64,000 nucleotides of DNA, taken from positions 62,001-126,000 of IMG/VR virus record IMGVR_UViG_3300011223_000001. One strand, 5' to 3'. The notes below the pieces were generated by a model, which had not been told where the DNA came from, did no database searches, and saw only the letters and a program-made list of their open reading frames with translations. Source of the stretch: an uncultured virus (IMG/VR IMGVR_UViG_3300011223_000001) (Duplodnaviria > Heunggongvirae > Uroviricota > Caudoviricetes). Made by a program: the position numbers and the translations under genes. Positions within the stretch are counted from its first letter, which is position 1, and every line of letters starts with the position of its first letter. Shown piece after piece: positions 28,919 to 39,361 of the stretch.

Positions 28919-30200
28919 AGTAGGTCGTTACCTCGCGCGGGTTTCACAGGAAGAGGCATCGAAAGCAGAAGTGGCTATCACCGAAAAGGATGCCACGGTC
29001 CAAGCTTTCGACGTCTCAGAACCTGAGGCCCTTGATGTCACCGATCTGGTCGAGGTCTGTGACAAAGGTCAGGGCGAAACAGACCGCCGGACCATCGATG
29101 AAATCAAACACATCCAAGTGGCGCTTGAAGAACTCGGCCGCGTTATGGATAGCGCCCAAGAACGTGGCGGTCTGCACCCCAATGAAGCAGCGATGCTGAA
29201 TGTGGGTCTGGAGCACTTCGGTAAACGCTTAGGCGTGACGTTCGACAACCCACTACCCTCGATGGAAGACTTCGGTAAGGGCATGACTCGTCGAGGCGCC
29301 CTCACGGTGTCGCAGGAAGTCATGATCGTTATCGACAAGGCCCTGATCGACAAGGTCATCGAAATCGTCAAGCGAATGATCGCCAAAGCCAAGGAGTTCT
29401 TGGGTAACATTGACATCCAGTCGGCCAAGATCACCAAAGCTATCCTCGACACTAAGGCGAAGATGGGTCGCTTTATTCGCGGTACGGTATTGGTGAAGAC
29501 CCGCCTCAGTCCACAGCTGGGCTCCGATGACTTCAGTCATCAAGGTCTGGAAGCGCTGCTGGCTGCCGGTCAATGCACGGCTGCCGCATTGGCGTCGTTC
29601 ATGGACTCCTGCTCTGCTTCGAAGTTCGCGTTCCAAGCGTTGGCGAATTCCGAAGGTGACGATGCGGCTCTGTCCGAGTTCAACAACAAGATGTCCGAAA
29701 TCTGGGCCGGCGAGCGTAACCCACTGTACGTGGCTACCCGCGGCAAAGACACCGTCCAGTACGGTTCGGGCTGCGTCCTGCATCTGTACAAGCCTGACGG
29801 CGCAGGTCATGTGGTCGGTACCTACGAATTCGAATTTGCCCGTGAGCAAAACGCCACCGGTGAAGTAGAAGTCGAGATGACCAAGACCTCGTTCTCGACC
29901 CTGGTTAATCGCACCGAAAGCATGAACCGTCTGGTGGGTCAACACTCCAAGAACTATTTGGTGTGCACCAAGAAGGTCGAAGAGCTCGCCGCGATTATCC
30001 AGCGTACTCGCAGTAACCACGCCGGCCGTGTGCTGACCAGTGCACTGACCAACATCACCATGGTCCAGCAAGTAAGTCTGGAGCGTGCTGTGCGTTCCTT
30101 CGCCAATATCCGCAACTCCGTGGGTGTGTTCCTGCTCTTGGCCGGTGCCGAGTTCCAGGATGGCGGTAAGAGCACAGCGGCTGCCAATAACACCAACTAA
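28911..30200 (+). CDS. internal head protein (phiKZ gp93-97-type family)
   Basis: Acidic propeptide with VSQE, PSME, VSQE then amphipathic helix. Confidence 0.82.
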   Translation: MSKVGRYLARVSQEEASKAEVAITEKDATVQAFDVSEPEALDVTDLVEVCDKGQGETDRRTIDEIKHIQVALEELGRVMDSAQERGGLHPNEAAMLNVGLEHFGKRLGVTFDNPLPSMEDFGKGMTRRGALTVSQEVMIVIDKALIDKVIEIVKRMIAKAKEFLGNIDIQSAKITKAILDTKAKMGRFIRGTVLVKTRLSPQLGSDDFSHQGLEALLAAGQCTAAALASFMDSCSASKFAFQALANSEGDDAALSEFNNKMSEIWAGERNPLYVATRGKDTVQYGSGCVLHLYKPDGAGHVVGTYEFEFAREQNATGEVEVEMTKTSFSTLVNRTESMNRLVGQHSKNYLVCTKKVEELAAIIQRTRSNHAGRVLTSALTNITMVQQVSLERAVRSFANIRNSVGVFLLLAGAEFQDGGKSTAAANNTN

Positions 30201-30235
30201 CGACATACGGGAGCCTTCGGGCTCCTTTATGTTTG
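30201..30235. terminator. CGACATA...TATG family hairpin
   Basis: GGGAGCC TTCG GGCTCCT stem with UUCG loop. Confidence 0.75.
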
Positions 30236-30255
30236 TCTTTTACACGAGGTGACAA

Positions 30256-31488
30256 ATGTCCGAGATTTTGGGTGAAGCCAAAGACGAGCAGTACGTCATG
30301 GATGGGGAAAGCGACATTGAGAAGTTACACAATCGCTTAAACCCACCTGGCACACTCGCACTGGCGTACAACTATTTTGGTGGGATGTCCACTGGGTATT
30401 ATTCCGGTGAAGACTTCCACACGCTGAACGATGAAGAGATTGGTAACAACGCTAGCTACATCGCACAGTTGCTGTCGACAGACAACGACACCGCACTGAG
30501 CGTGCTGCGGTTGGTGGATTCGACTGAAGCCTTTGAAGACCATCCCAAACCCATTGACCTTGATCTGTTTACAGTATCGCAAGAGGACATGGCCACCAAC
30601 AGCTTGAAAGCACTGAAGACCATCTTCGGGTGGACCAAGTCGGTGGCTAAACAGATCTTCAATGAAATGACCAACATGGAACTGGTGGCGCGGTATTTGG
30701 CGTTCCATGCGCAAAATATCGAAACGATGTCGCGTGATCGGCGCACCTCGTCCCAGTTCAACAACAAACCGCTCGTGGTAAGCACCCGGGTGGCCAACCT
30801 GTGCCTGCGCTATGAACCGGTTAAAGACGCCGGGGCATTGCTCACCGCACTGCGTATTCTGAACAACACCGCACGCGACTATTACGACTACAACAACGAC
30901 GACCTGCTTAAGGTCGCCGATCGGCTCCCCAGCTTGCTGCACGATGCAGATGTGCTTCAGGGTGCATTGACCGGGGTTAGTCCAGCCAAGTTGTTCCGTA
31001 GTGCCAGCTTCTACCCCGCCAGTGAACCAGAGACCCACGTCACGGCACACTTACTCGGCAACCACCGACTCTCGGTGCGCACGCAGTATGGCACGGGGTT
31101 GTTGGATCAACGCTTTACCGTACGTCTGGTGCCTTCGGACATCGCTCCACGGCCTGTACCTAACGCCATCGAATTCAAACGGTTCAGCATGCAAACGATG
31201 GACCAGATCCTGCGTCAGGTCCAGGACATCGCCAAACGCTTGCTGGACATCAATACTCCCCTGACGCGCCAACGGCGCATGGCGCGTATTGAACGCATCT
31301 CGTTACTGTCGTCCAAGATCGCCCGCGAGATCCAAACCAACGGGTTCGAAGCCGACCGTCACCGCAAAGTGATCGCGTTGGTGAATCAGTACAACGACTG
31401 GATTGTCAGTCCGTACCGTGAACTATATGGGTTAATCTGCCGCGACCTGCGGGCAGTGCTCAATGTCTGCGAGCTTAATGCGCAGTGA
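30256..31488 (+). CDS. internal head protein
   Basis: YSGE/VSQE sites, GAGGT RBS, structural cluster. Confidence 0.8.
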   Translation: MSEILGEAKDEQYVMDGESDIEKLHNRLNPPGTLALAYNYFGGMSTGYYSGEDFHTLNDEEIGNNASYIAQLLSTDNDTALSVLRLVDSTEAFEDHPKPIDLDLFTVSQEDMATNSLKALKTIFGWTKSVAKQIFNEMTNMELVARYLAFHAQNIETMSRDRRTSSQFNNKPLVVSTRVANLCLRYEPVKDAGALLTALRILNNTARDYYDYNNDDLLKVADRLPSLLHDADVLQGALTGVSPAKLFRSASFYPASEPETHVTAHLLGNHRLSVRTQYGTGLLDQRFTVRLVPSDIAPRPVPNAIEFKRFSMQTMDQILRQVQDIAKRLLDINTPLTRQRRMARIERISLLSSKIAREIQTNGFEADRHRKVIALVNQYNDWIVSPYRELYGLICRDLRAVLNVCELNAQ

Positions 31489-31581
31489 ATCATATAGGCA
31501 CGTGCCTGATGCACGGTCACACCACCTGGCTGAGCTGATCCCCCAGCCGGCAACTTTCTGTACAGAAAAAGGTTGATAACG

Positions 31582-32979
31582 ATGAACAAGCTGCAACAGT
31601 ACCTGAACAAGGCCAACGTCTCGCAAGAAGACTTTGACGAAAACGGCGAAGCGCTGGACCCGACCGTGGTCGAGCAGAACGAGATCCTGGGCGAAGCTGA
31701 AGTCGAAGTTCCTGAAGTCGACGCTGAAGTCACTCCGGAAATCGTCGAAGAAGTCACCGAAACCGCCGACGAAGCCGTCGCTGAAGCAGAAGACCTGCCA
31801 GAAGCGGTCGAAGAAGTTTCCGAACTGGAAGCCGACGTTGGCGACGAACTGGCCTCGATCGAAGAATTCCAGGGCATCCTTGCTCACGGCCGTCGCACCA
31901 AGACCTACTCGCCGCAGTTCGCTGCCGCGGTACAAGGTAAGCTCAACCGCCTGAACGACCTGTTCGAAGTCGAAGACAAGAAGCGCGTCTCGATCGAGAA
32001 CTTCGGTGGTGATGACCTGGGTGAATTCTATCGCGTTTCGCAAGAAGCGTTCGAAGGCTTTGCCAAGCGCCTGAGCGACACCCTGCACAACGCTGCTGCT
32101 GCTCTCGCCAGCAAGCTGAAGGCCAAGTGGGGCGTTGGTGTTTACGAGAAGGTCAACACCAAGCTGCAAGCACGCGCTGATGCCATCCTGTCCGGCACTG
32201 GCAAAGCCGAGCCTGCTGTGATCAAGGGCAAGACCGCGGCCGTTCACTTCCACATCGGCGGTGAGTTCAACGGCGACATCCTGGGTAACCTGACCAAGGA
32301 CATGCGCTTCGCCTCCGGTCCTGGCCAGCAACTGATCAAGGGTACTGCTGCTTACATGCAGAACGTGATCAAGATCCTGGACAAGGGCGTCGTCGAAGGC
32401 GGCAAGGGCAAGACCGGTGAGATCCTGGCCGAGGTTCTGAATCTGAAGCGTCCTGTCGACCTGCTGCCTGAAGAAGCCTTCAAGGGTGCCATGTCCGGCG
32501 GCCTGAAGTTCGAGAAGGTTGCCGAGAAAGGCAAGGAAGGCGACACCCGCGGCGCCTACAAGGACATCGCGCGTTCGGCAATCCCGGTCATCGACGGCGA
32601 TCGCTTCAAAGGCGAAGCTGCCGACGTCACCATCGACAAGGCCACTGCCGACAAGATCGCCAAGACCTGCAAAGCGTTCTCGGCGCTGACTCTGAAGCTG
32701 GCTCAGGGCTCCGCTCTGAACTCGATCGAAGAGACCTACACCCAGATCGGTAACGTGAGCAAGCGCGTAAAAACCGCCGCCAACACCACCAGCTGGGCAG
32801 AGAACAAAGACCTGAACATCGTTGCTGCTGGCCTGGCCGGCATGACCGAGCGTCAGTTCAACCTGCTCTGGACCCTGATCCACACCTGCTTCGACACCAT
32901 TGAGTTCGCACTGTACTTCGCCGAGAAGGCAGTCGAAGGCTCGTCGGCCAAGAAGGAAGAGCCTGCCGCTGCTGAATAA
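31582..32979 (+). CDS. abundant internal head protein
   Basis: Glu-rich propeptide with VSQE, VSIE, VSQE; very strong codon bias. Confidence 0.85.
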   Translation: MNKLQQYLNKANVSQEDFDENGEALDPTVVEQNEILGEAEVEVPEVDAEVTPEIVEEVTETADEAVAEAEDLPEAVEEVSELEADVGDELASIEEFQGILAHGRRTKTYSPQFAAAVQGKLNRLNDLFEVEDKKRVSIENFGGDDLGEFYRVSQEAFEGFAKRLSDTLHNAAAALASKLKAKWGVGVYEKVNTKLQARADAILSGTGKAEPAVIKGKTAAVHFHIGGEFNGDILGNLTKDMRFASGPGQQLIKGTAAYMQNVIKILDKGVVEGGKGKTGEILAEVLNLKRPVDLLPEEAFKGAMSGGLKFEKVAEKGKEGDTRGAYKDIARSAIPVIDGDRFKGEAADVTIDKATADKIAKTCKAFSALTLKLAQGSALNSIEETYTQIGNVSKRVKTAANTTSWAENKDLNIVAAGLAGMTERQFNLLWTLIHTCFDTIEFALYFAEKAVEGSSAKKEEPAAAE

Positions 32980-32999
32980 GCCGCGCCTGGCGTTGTAAA

Positions 33000-33030
33000 C
33001 ATAAAGGGGCCTTCGGGCTCCTTTATGCCG
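33000..33030. terminator. CATA...TATGCCG family hairpin
   Basis: CATAAAGGGGCC TTCG GGCTCCTTTATG. Confidence 0.8.
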
Positions 33031-33074
33031 CCTAAGCCCTGATCTTATAGTCAGACTTAAAACGAGGATGTGTC

Positions 33075-34748
33075 ATGCCTAAGGCCCTTATCCCTATCGC
33101 AGCGTCCGGTGTGTCGGTCAGCCGACGTGTGGCGGTAAACGCGATTCAGCACCTTACCGAACTGATGGGCCTGCCCCAAGAGACTCAGGTGTTTTTGCCC
33201 GGTAACACCCAGGCTATTCCGCTTAATGGTGGTGAGTTTGGTAACTGCTGTGAGCGCAGCCTTACGTTCCCAGGCATGTCGCGTATGGTGGCGACCGTGG
33301 TCGAAGAAGCTCTGGAGGAATACACCCTCCCCACCTCGGTGATCGATAAACAGAACCGACCTATTTTCCAAGACAAGATCCACAACGTAACCGTTACTCC
33401 GGTGTACCGGTTTGTCAAGATGACGTGCAACATTGAGTTTGTAGCCGCCAGTGCCACACAAGCGCAGCGTTGGCTTGATGATCAACGGGCCATGTTTTCC
33501 ATGGGTCGCACGGAGAACCTGTTGGACCTTGAGTACTACTATCAACCGCCTGATGGGTTTACGTTCGTTCTTAAGGCCCTGCATGATGCCCTGATGAAAT
33601 CCCCGTGGCCTGTGACCGAGACCTTTGAAGATTGGGTCGTCAACCGCATGACCGGGGGTGCGTACCTTAAAGACCTCACTACACTCGGTGGGCGGCATAA
33701 CACGCTCGGCATCGCCGAGCACCAGTACGATGTGTTGGGTTGGTTCGATTGGACCACCACACCCGATACGCCGGAACGCAACAGCGATGGGTCGGGTACC
33801 TTTACCGTCAACTTGAACTATCAGCTGCACTACCAGCGCCCAACGCACGTCCACATGGACTACCCGTTGGTCATGAATCAGTACCCGATTTCCAAGAAGT
33901 ACCGGCATACAGAGCCGTACTGGTTCTACCACGAGCGGCTGCGTAAAGTTTCGATTACCAAGGAAGCATTCGATGAGTTTCGTTTCATCCAGGACAGTGC
34001 TGGACAAGTGCCTTACGTGCACTACCCCAACACCGATGATTGGTACCCGGCGCCGAACCAACGCTTGGGGGCAATGATCCCGCTGTTCACAGGGTTGGTT
34101 ATGTTGACCAAAGATGACCAGCAGTCGCTGATGGATTTATCGCAGTTGGGCGAGTGCCGGTTCTCACCGCATTTTCTGGAGTACTTCTACGCCATGGGCA
34201 GCAAAGCCTTAGACCCCAATTACGGACTCTTTGAGTTCAGGCTTTGGCGCAATGATGAATGGCTGGCCGGGGCGAAGCTTTCGTTCAAACGCGGTACGTT
34301 ACAGATCCAGACAGATAAGCCGCTGGACCCCCAGTACATGTACCACATTCAAATCGGAATTAAGCGCAATTGGGCGTTGATCAACCCCACTACCGTGCAG
34401 TGCCTGCGTAATTGGCCTACAGTGGCCTTTACCGCGCTTAAGGCGGTCGGAATACGCCTAGGGGGTGCTACCCTACTGTCAGAGCTAAAGCTGCTCGCTA
34501 ACGGCGTGCCGCGGCTCAATACCGCACCGTGTCGTGGTGAGGGTTACCTGTTGCCTGAGACCCAACCTGAAGGGGTAACCTGGGGTGTACGCCCCGATGA
34601 CGTGTTCATCAAGAATGGGGTGGTGCGTCAATCGGACCTGGATCAGGCGGTGCGTGATTCGGACACGATCGCTGAGAACTACATCAACTATGACAACATC
34701 GGTCCGTTGACGGTGATGTTCTTCTCCATTTTAACCTTCCGTAAATAA
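33075..34748 (+). CDS. virion structural protein (phiKZ gp98-like)
   Basis: 557-aa ORF, GAGGA RBS, synteny. Confidence 0.75.
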   Translation: MPKALIPIAASGVSVSRRVAVNAIQHLTELMGLPQETQVFLPGNTQAIPLNGGEFGNCCERSLTFPGMSRMVATVVEEALEEYTLPTSVIDKQNRPIFQDKIHNVTVTPVYRFVKMTCNIEFVAASATQAQRWLDDQRAMFSMGRTENLLDLEYYYQPPDGFTFVLKALHDALMKSPWPVTETFEDWVVNRMTGGAYLKDLTTLGGRHNTLGIAEHQYDVLGWFDWTTTPDTPERNSDGSGTFTVNLNYQLHYQRPTHVHMDYPLVMNQYPISKKYRHTEPYWFYHERLRKVSITKEAFDEFRFIQDSAGQVPYVHYPNTDDWYPAPNQRLGAMIPLFTGLVMLTKDDQQSLMDLSQLGECRFSPHFLEYFYAMGSKALDPNYGLFEFRLWRNDEWLAGAKLSFKRGTLQIQTDKPLDPQYMYHIQIGIKRNWALINPTTVQCLRNWPTVAFTALKAVGIRLGGATLLSELKLLANGVPRLNTAPCRGEGYLLPETQPEGVTWGVRPDDVFIKNGVVRQSDLDQAVRDSDTIAENYINYDNIGPLTVMFFSILTFRK

Positions 34749-34757
34749 AGGTGTTCT

Positions 34758-36164
34758 ATGTCTGGTCTTTTTCGTGAACTGGAAGAGGATGAGCTGCCGC
34801 CAGCTCCCTCGCCGGTTAAAGTACGTATCGAGCCGAAGAACTATTCAGGGATTACGGTTGATACCGAATACGTTCCCTCGTCTGCGATCCTGGTTTGGGG
34901 TGAAGGCTCCACGTGGAATGTTGACTACTATTCACAGATCCTCGGCGCGTCGGTTGAGCCCCGCGTACTGGACCTGCACCTCTCCCCGATCGAGCAGCAG
35001 TACCGCTTACTGCGCAAAATCCCACTGAAGGTCACCAGCGCTACGACTTGGTCCGTACAAGACCCACAGTCGAACGTCCGCGTGGGTACCGGCAGTGGTT
35101 ACACCTACCCGTTCCTTACCGCCAACGTCGGCGACATGTTCGTTGCCAACATCGGTGATGGTCAGGTGGGGCTTTTCACCATCACAAGCTCCACCCCCGC
35201 CACCATCTTGCGTGACTCGGTTTACCGGGTGGATTGGATCTGCGTGGGGATGGCTGATGCGCAGCACATGGAGAACCTGGCCTCTAAAGTCGAGCAGACG
35301 CTGTACTTCTCGATGACCAGCCTTCAACGCGGGTGTGGTCCTTTTGTCACCACCGAACAAGCCGCCAAGGTGGAGTCTTACGAGGCCATCTTGCGCGAAC
35401 TGATTCGTCGTTACATGACCGACTTCTTGTCGCCTGAACATTTCACGCTGTTGTGCCCAGACCAACGTGGTAAGACGTATGACCACTTCGTTGTACGGGC
35501 CTGGCTTAAGATGATCTCCCCCCAGGACGACGCCCGGGTACGTAAAGTGCGCGAGCAGAACGTCATGGGTGATCTGGTCATGAAAGAGGCTACGTTCTGG
35601 GATGCCCTACTGCGGGCGGAACCTGTGCAGTTGTACGGTGGTACCCAACGTGCCAATCTTGTAAGTGCACGCCAGTTCCGTGGTTCACCACTGCTACAAG
35701 CCATTGGCTTTACAGGCATCCCACTGATTGTTTACCCCATCGATCAGTCCACCGATGTAGATTCACAATACCGCCACTGCGATAATGCACGTCCCGTGGG
35801 TGAACCGTTCCGAGAAGGGCGCGCCCGCCGGCCACCGCCAGGTGAATACAAAACCCAAGCCGAACGCAACCTGCCATTCTTCCAGGCCATCCCGGATGAT
35901 GTGGAGGACGTACAACCATGGCAACGCCCCGCTGATATCCACCCTGTGGTGGTCGATGACTACTACGTGCTGTCGGAAGCGTTCTACACCAACGGACCAG
36001 GTCAATCAAAGCTTGAGTTGTTGACCCACCAGTTCTTGAACCGTGAAACATTGAGTCCTGAACAACTCGATGCCGTACTCGCACGCATCTATGATTGGGA
36101 CAACCTCGAGCGGTTCTATTACTACCCGCTGGTTATCGCCCTTTTGAAAACCCTGCTGAGGTAA
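34758..36164 (+). CDS. virion structural protein (phiKZ gp99-like)
   Basis: VDYYSQIL, NVGDMFVA.IGDG, YVLSEAFY, LERFYYYP motifs. Confidence 0.8.
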   Translation: MSGLFRELEEDELPPAPSPVKVRIEPKNYSGITVDTEYVPSSAILVWGEGSTWNVDYYSQILGASVEPRVLDLHLSPIEQQYRLLRKIPLKVTSATTWSVQDPQSNVRVGTGSGYTYPFLTANVGDMFVANIGDGQVGLFTITSSTPATILRDSVYRVDWICVGMADAQHMENLASKVEQTLYFSMTSLQRGCGPFVTTEQAAKVESYEAILRELIRRYMTDFLSPEHFTLLCPDQRGKTYDHFVVRAWLKMISPQDDARVRKVREQNVMGDLVMKEATFWDALLRAEPVQLYGGTQRANLVSARQFRGSPLLQAIGFTGIPLIVYPIDQSTDVDSQYRHCDNARPVGEPFREGRARRPPPGEYKTQAERNLPFFQAIPDDVEDVQPWQRPADIHPVVVDDYYVLSEAFYTNGPGQSKLELLTHQFLNRETLSPEQLDAVLARIYDWDNLERFYYYPLVIALLKTLLR

Positions 36165-36167
36165 TCC

Positions 36168-36731
36168 ATGTACGCCCCTGATGCATCTGCTGCCAATCAT
36201 ATTTTCAACGAACGTTATCAATGTAAGATCCCGCGCAGTTTCATGTACGGGCCCAATTACATTGCCAAGCATGGCTACGGGGCGTCGGGCGACCCAACGG
36301 TTGACCGAATGGCGGCAAACAACCTCACCGTCATGAACCAGACCATCGCCGGTCTGGCGGTGCTCTATAGCCAGGGTGCGGAGCCTTTGCTGCTCAATGA
36401 AGACGATTGCGTATCCATCTACCGCACCATTGTTAAACACCTGGTCGAGTGGCGAGACTTCTCGGCCCAAGGACTTAACCCCGACTACTGCCCTCCAATG
36501 CTTGACTTCAGAGCCCTGGAAGCACTGGCCATCCGGTTTCACTACGAGGTGCAAGAACGTGCACCCATGGCCCAGTCACGTTCACAGTTGCGTGATTCAG
36601 TAATGAACCTGCGCCGCGGGGGTGGTCGAGCCGTGTACCGAGCGGCTAACCCCCTTTCCGAATCTGCCCCCGACATCCTGCCGTTTGTCTCGATTGCCGA
36701 TGACATTGAACGTAACCTTTATGGAGACTGA
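36168..36731 (+). CDS. conserved protein (phiKZ gp100-like)
   Basis: GAGGT RBS; synteny. Confidence 0.75.
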   Translation: MYAPDASAANHIFNERYQCKIPRSFMYGPNYIAKHGYGASGDPTVDRMAANNLTVMNQTIAGLAVLYSQGAEPLLLNEDDCVSIYRTIVKHLVEWRDFSAQGLNPDYCPPMLDFRALEALAIRFHYEVQERAPMAQSRSQLRDSVMNLRRGGGRAVYRAANPLSESAPDILPFVSIADDIERNLYGD

Positions 36732-36733
36732 CC

Positions 36734-38098
36734 GTGTCGACTGACAATACGTTAATCAACCGGGAGATGGAAGCCGTTCGGGCTTCCGGCACCGGGGCGC
36801 ATTACCTGATCAAAGCACAATTGCTGGTGAACAAGAAGTGGGTGGCCCCACTTAAGCTGGACCTGTACAACGTTGAGCGTGACTACGAACGTGGTTACGC
36901 TGACATCCGTACGTTATCCTTCATGATGTTGCTTGGCACTTACACGTTTGATGTGATCCCCTACCGTAACGACGTCCAGGTCGATGTGACGTACGTACCG
37001 GTGGGTGAGAACGGTAGCGGCCAGCGTTCTAATGCCAGGGCGATTACGCGGCGCTTTAAGGCGTTGGTGATGGACCCCTCGGATGCGGCGATGTCAACCA
37101 ACGTCAGCACGCAAGCCACCCGCGATCAGTTGGACAACCAACCACCGAAACAGGTGGAACTGCAACTGGTAGAGGAATGCGTCTACGACCTTGCCATGCG
37201 ATCCATCGGGGCTACCTACCGCGACATGACCGCGCATGAGGTGTTGATGCGCGTGTTGAACGACACCTTGTCGTACATGGACGCCAAAGACGAGAAGCGC
37301 ATTTTAAGCGTAAATACCATCGGCACCCCCAACACTGAAAAGCGTAAGCAGATTCCGATCCGACACGGCAAAAAAGTGGGCGAGGTCGCCACACTGCTTC
37401 AGGAAAAAGAAGGGGGTGTGTTCTCGGCAGGTCTTGGGTGTTACCTGCAAAACCAACATTGGTATGTCTACCCCCTGTACGACACCAGTCACGCCTCCAA
37501 ACAAAACCGCTCAGTGACCATCTACTGTGTACCGGGTGACCGGTTTGACGGCAGTGAACGCACGTACCGTGAGACGGAGAACCGTTTGGTGATCTTGGCT
37601 TCTGGTGATGCGGCGTCGCTGACTACCACCGCCAACAACAACGTACAGTCGGGTAACGGGGTACGCTTCCTGGATGCTCGTTCCCTGTTAAACGGCTTTG
37701 CTGTGAATAACGGTAACCGGCTATTGGTGGATAAAGCCAGCCACCTCTTTGAGATGGCGGCTAAACAAATCACTGACGGTGTTAACAATATACAGTGGTC
37801 CGGCAAAGGGATTAGCTCCAACCCGTTTGTGCACTATAGCGCCTTGGCTCGTATGAACGGTCAGATTGTGACCGTACAATGGCGTCATGGCGACGCAGAG
37901 CTGCTTAACCCTGGAGACCTTGTTGATTTCTACGCCATTGCTGAGGGTAAGATCAACCGGTACAAGGGTGTGCTCTTAGGCACTCAAGAATCGCGTCAAG
38001 CGGCAGAACCGGGGCTTGTGGTCACCCGCCACCACGGCGTTGTGAGCCTTAAACTCTTTGTCGAAAACCAAGCACCACTTACCACCACAGGGGCTTAA
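36734..38098 (+). CDS. baseplate hub-like virion protein (phiKZ gp101-like)
   Basis: RDY..GYAD, LQE..GGVFSAGLGCY, WYVYPLYD, DAELLNPG. Confidence 0.78.
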   Translation: MSTDNTLINREMEAVRASGTGAHYLIKAQLLVNKKWVAPLKLDLYNVERDYERGYADIRTLSFMMLLGTYTFDVIPYRNDVQVDVTYVPVGENGSGQRSNARAITRRFKALVMDPSDAAMSTNVSTQATRDQLDNQPPKQVELQLVEECVYDLAMRSIGATYRDMTAHEVLMRVLNDTLSYMDAKDEKRILSVNTIGTPNTEKRKQIPIRHGKKVGEVATLLQEKEGGVFSAGLGCYLQNQHWYVYPLYDTSHASKQNRSVTIYCVPGDRFDGSERTYRETENRLVILASGDAASLTTTANNNVQSGNGVRFLDARSLLNGFAVNNGNRLLVDKASHLFEMAAKQITDGVNNIQWSGKGISSNPFVHYSALARMNGQIVTVQWRHGDAELLNPGDLVDFYAIAEGKINRYKGVLLGTQESRQAAEPGLVVTRHHGVVSLKLFVENQAPLTTTGA

Positions 38099-38126
38099 CC
38101 GCCCCTGCGGTCTTTATGGTCCGCCT

Positions 38127-38537
38127 ATGACTACCCCACGTAACCTGTTCATTAAAATACCCCCCGATTGGTCGTTTGCGTTTATCGGGGGTGTGCGTGA
38201 GTTTGTTCCGATCGACACCTTGGTGATTTCGAAGCTCTACGCAACAGCGTGCCACTATGTGGTGCTTCGGCATAACTTCATCTGCGGTCACATTGACAAC
38301 AATCGGTATAACACACTGATCAACCAATTAATCGAACCCTATACCACGTACGGTATGGCGGTCAGCAGTATTAAGTATTACGTGGAAACCCTCTACCGTC
38401 AGTGCCGACCCATCCTAGACGTTCACCCAGGGATGCTACGTAATGCACTGTTCTGGAATGATGACGGTGGTGATGTGGTCGGGGTGGTGTTTGAATACAT
38501 ACAGCCTTACCCCGTTACCACTTTGCGTTTTGCTTGA
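38127..38537 (+). CDS. hypothetical protein
   Basis: ORF in operon orientation, weak RBS. Confidence 0.55.
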   Translation: MTTPRNLFIKIPPDWSFAFIGGVREFVPIDTLVISKLYATACHYVVLRHNFICGHIDNNRYNTLINQLIEPYTTYGMAVSSIKYYVETLYRQCRPILDVHPGMLRNALFWNDDGGDVVGVVFEYIQPYPVTTLRFA

Positions 38538-38547
38538 ATGCAATCGG

Positions 38548-38564
38548 TTTAAGAACTATATCAC
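38548..38564 (+). promoter_or_regulatory. putative early (virion RNAP) promoter
   Basis: TTTAAGAACTATATCAC; motif recurs at 39008, 42431, 50959 and resembles phiKZ early TATATTAC. Confidence 0.7.
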
Positions 38565-38592
38565 TCCAGCGATGAAACTAGGAGTAGCTAAC

Positions 38593-38970
38593 ATGGGTAA
38601 GTTAGGAGGTCTCTCAATGGTCGTCTTAGTGATATTGGGCTTTCTGCTGCTTGGCGGTTACTACGTCATCAGTCGGGTAAAGGCGGTGTTTAACCGCAGT
38701 AAACACCGGGTGGTGATGTCAACCCGCCTGGAAGAGCTGTACGCACAGCTTGAGCGTGAAGGGTTCTTTCACGCCTCTACCATACCGCAATTGATCACCA
38801 ACCGGTACATCTCAGAAGCACTGTCGGAATGCTCACGGCATGAAGGGTTCTTCTGGGGGATTGCCAAACGCGACATCTTCATCAAAGAAAACAGACCGGA
38901 CCAAGCCTACGACTCGTTGCTGGTGTATGGCAACAATGCGATAGGCTTTAACTGGCGCGGGCAGCTGTAA
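38593..38970 (+). CDS. hypothetical membrane-anchored protein
   Basis: N-terminal TM segment, AGGAG RBS. Confidence 0.7.
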   Translation: MGKLGGLSMVVLVILGFLLLGGYYVISRVKAVFNRSKHRVVMSTRLEELYAQLEREGFFHASTIPQLITNRYISEALSECSRHEGFFWGIAKRDIFIKENRPDQAYDSLLVYGNNAIGFNWRGQL

Positions 38971-39007
38971 GGCTGCCTTTATGCCGTCCGGATTTGATTG
39001 AAAAAAG

Positions 39008-39024
39008 CTTGAGAACTATATCGT
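39008..39024 (+). promoter_or_regulatory. putative early promoter
   Basis: CTTGAGAACTATATCGT preceded by an A tract. Confidence 0.7.
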
Positions 39025-39080
39025 GCAGTTGAATTAGGAGCACTAAGTTCCTAATCACCACCCCTTTAAGGAGTAACACC

Positions 39081-39296
39081 ATGTCGACCATCAAAAACGC
39101 TTTCGCCAAAGTTCGTCCATTCGCCAAGACCGCCGGTATCGTTGTCGGGGGTGCTGTGGTGGCCGGGGGTGCCTACCTCGCCTACCAAGCCCTACGCGCC
39201 ACACCGGCGACCGCTGTTGCTGAAGCGGTGGGTGATGCCGCAGCTGAGGCTGCCACTGCGGTGGGTGATGCTGTAGCAGCCGCACTGCGCGGCTGA
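39081..39296 (+). CDS. small Ala-rich single-TM protein
   Basis: TAAGGAG RBS, TM GIVVGGAVVAGGAYLAY, repeated AVGDA. Confidence 0.8.
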   Translation: MSTIKNAFAKVRPFAKTAGIVVGGAVVAGGAYLAYQALRATPATAVAEAVGDAAAEAATAVGDAVAAALRG

Positions 39297-39307
39297 TACC
39301 AACAGGC

Positions 39308-39342
39308 GCAGGGGCTTCGGCCCCTGCTCTACTTTTCCTTTT
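39308..39342 (+). terminator. intrinsic terminator
   Basis: GCAGGGGC TTCG GCCCCTGC plus T-rich tail. Confidence 0.8.
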
Positions 39343-39361
39343 GTTAATGCAGGGCGCAACA

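Noticed and set aside
31551..31575. Resemblance to a lambda att core (CAACTT...AGGTTG)
   Set aside because: Spacer is 13 nt rather than 7 and no integrase is present; better explained as an RBS hairpin
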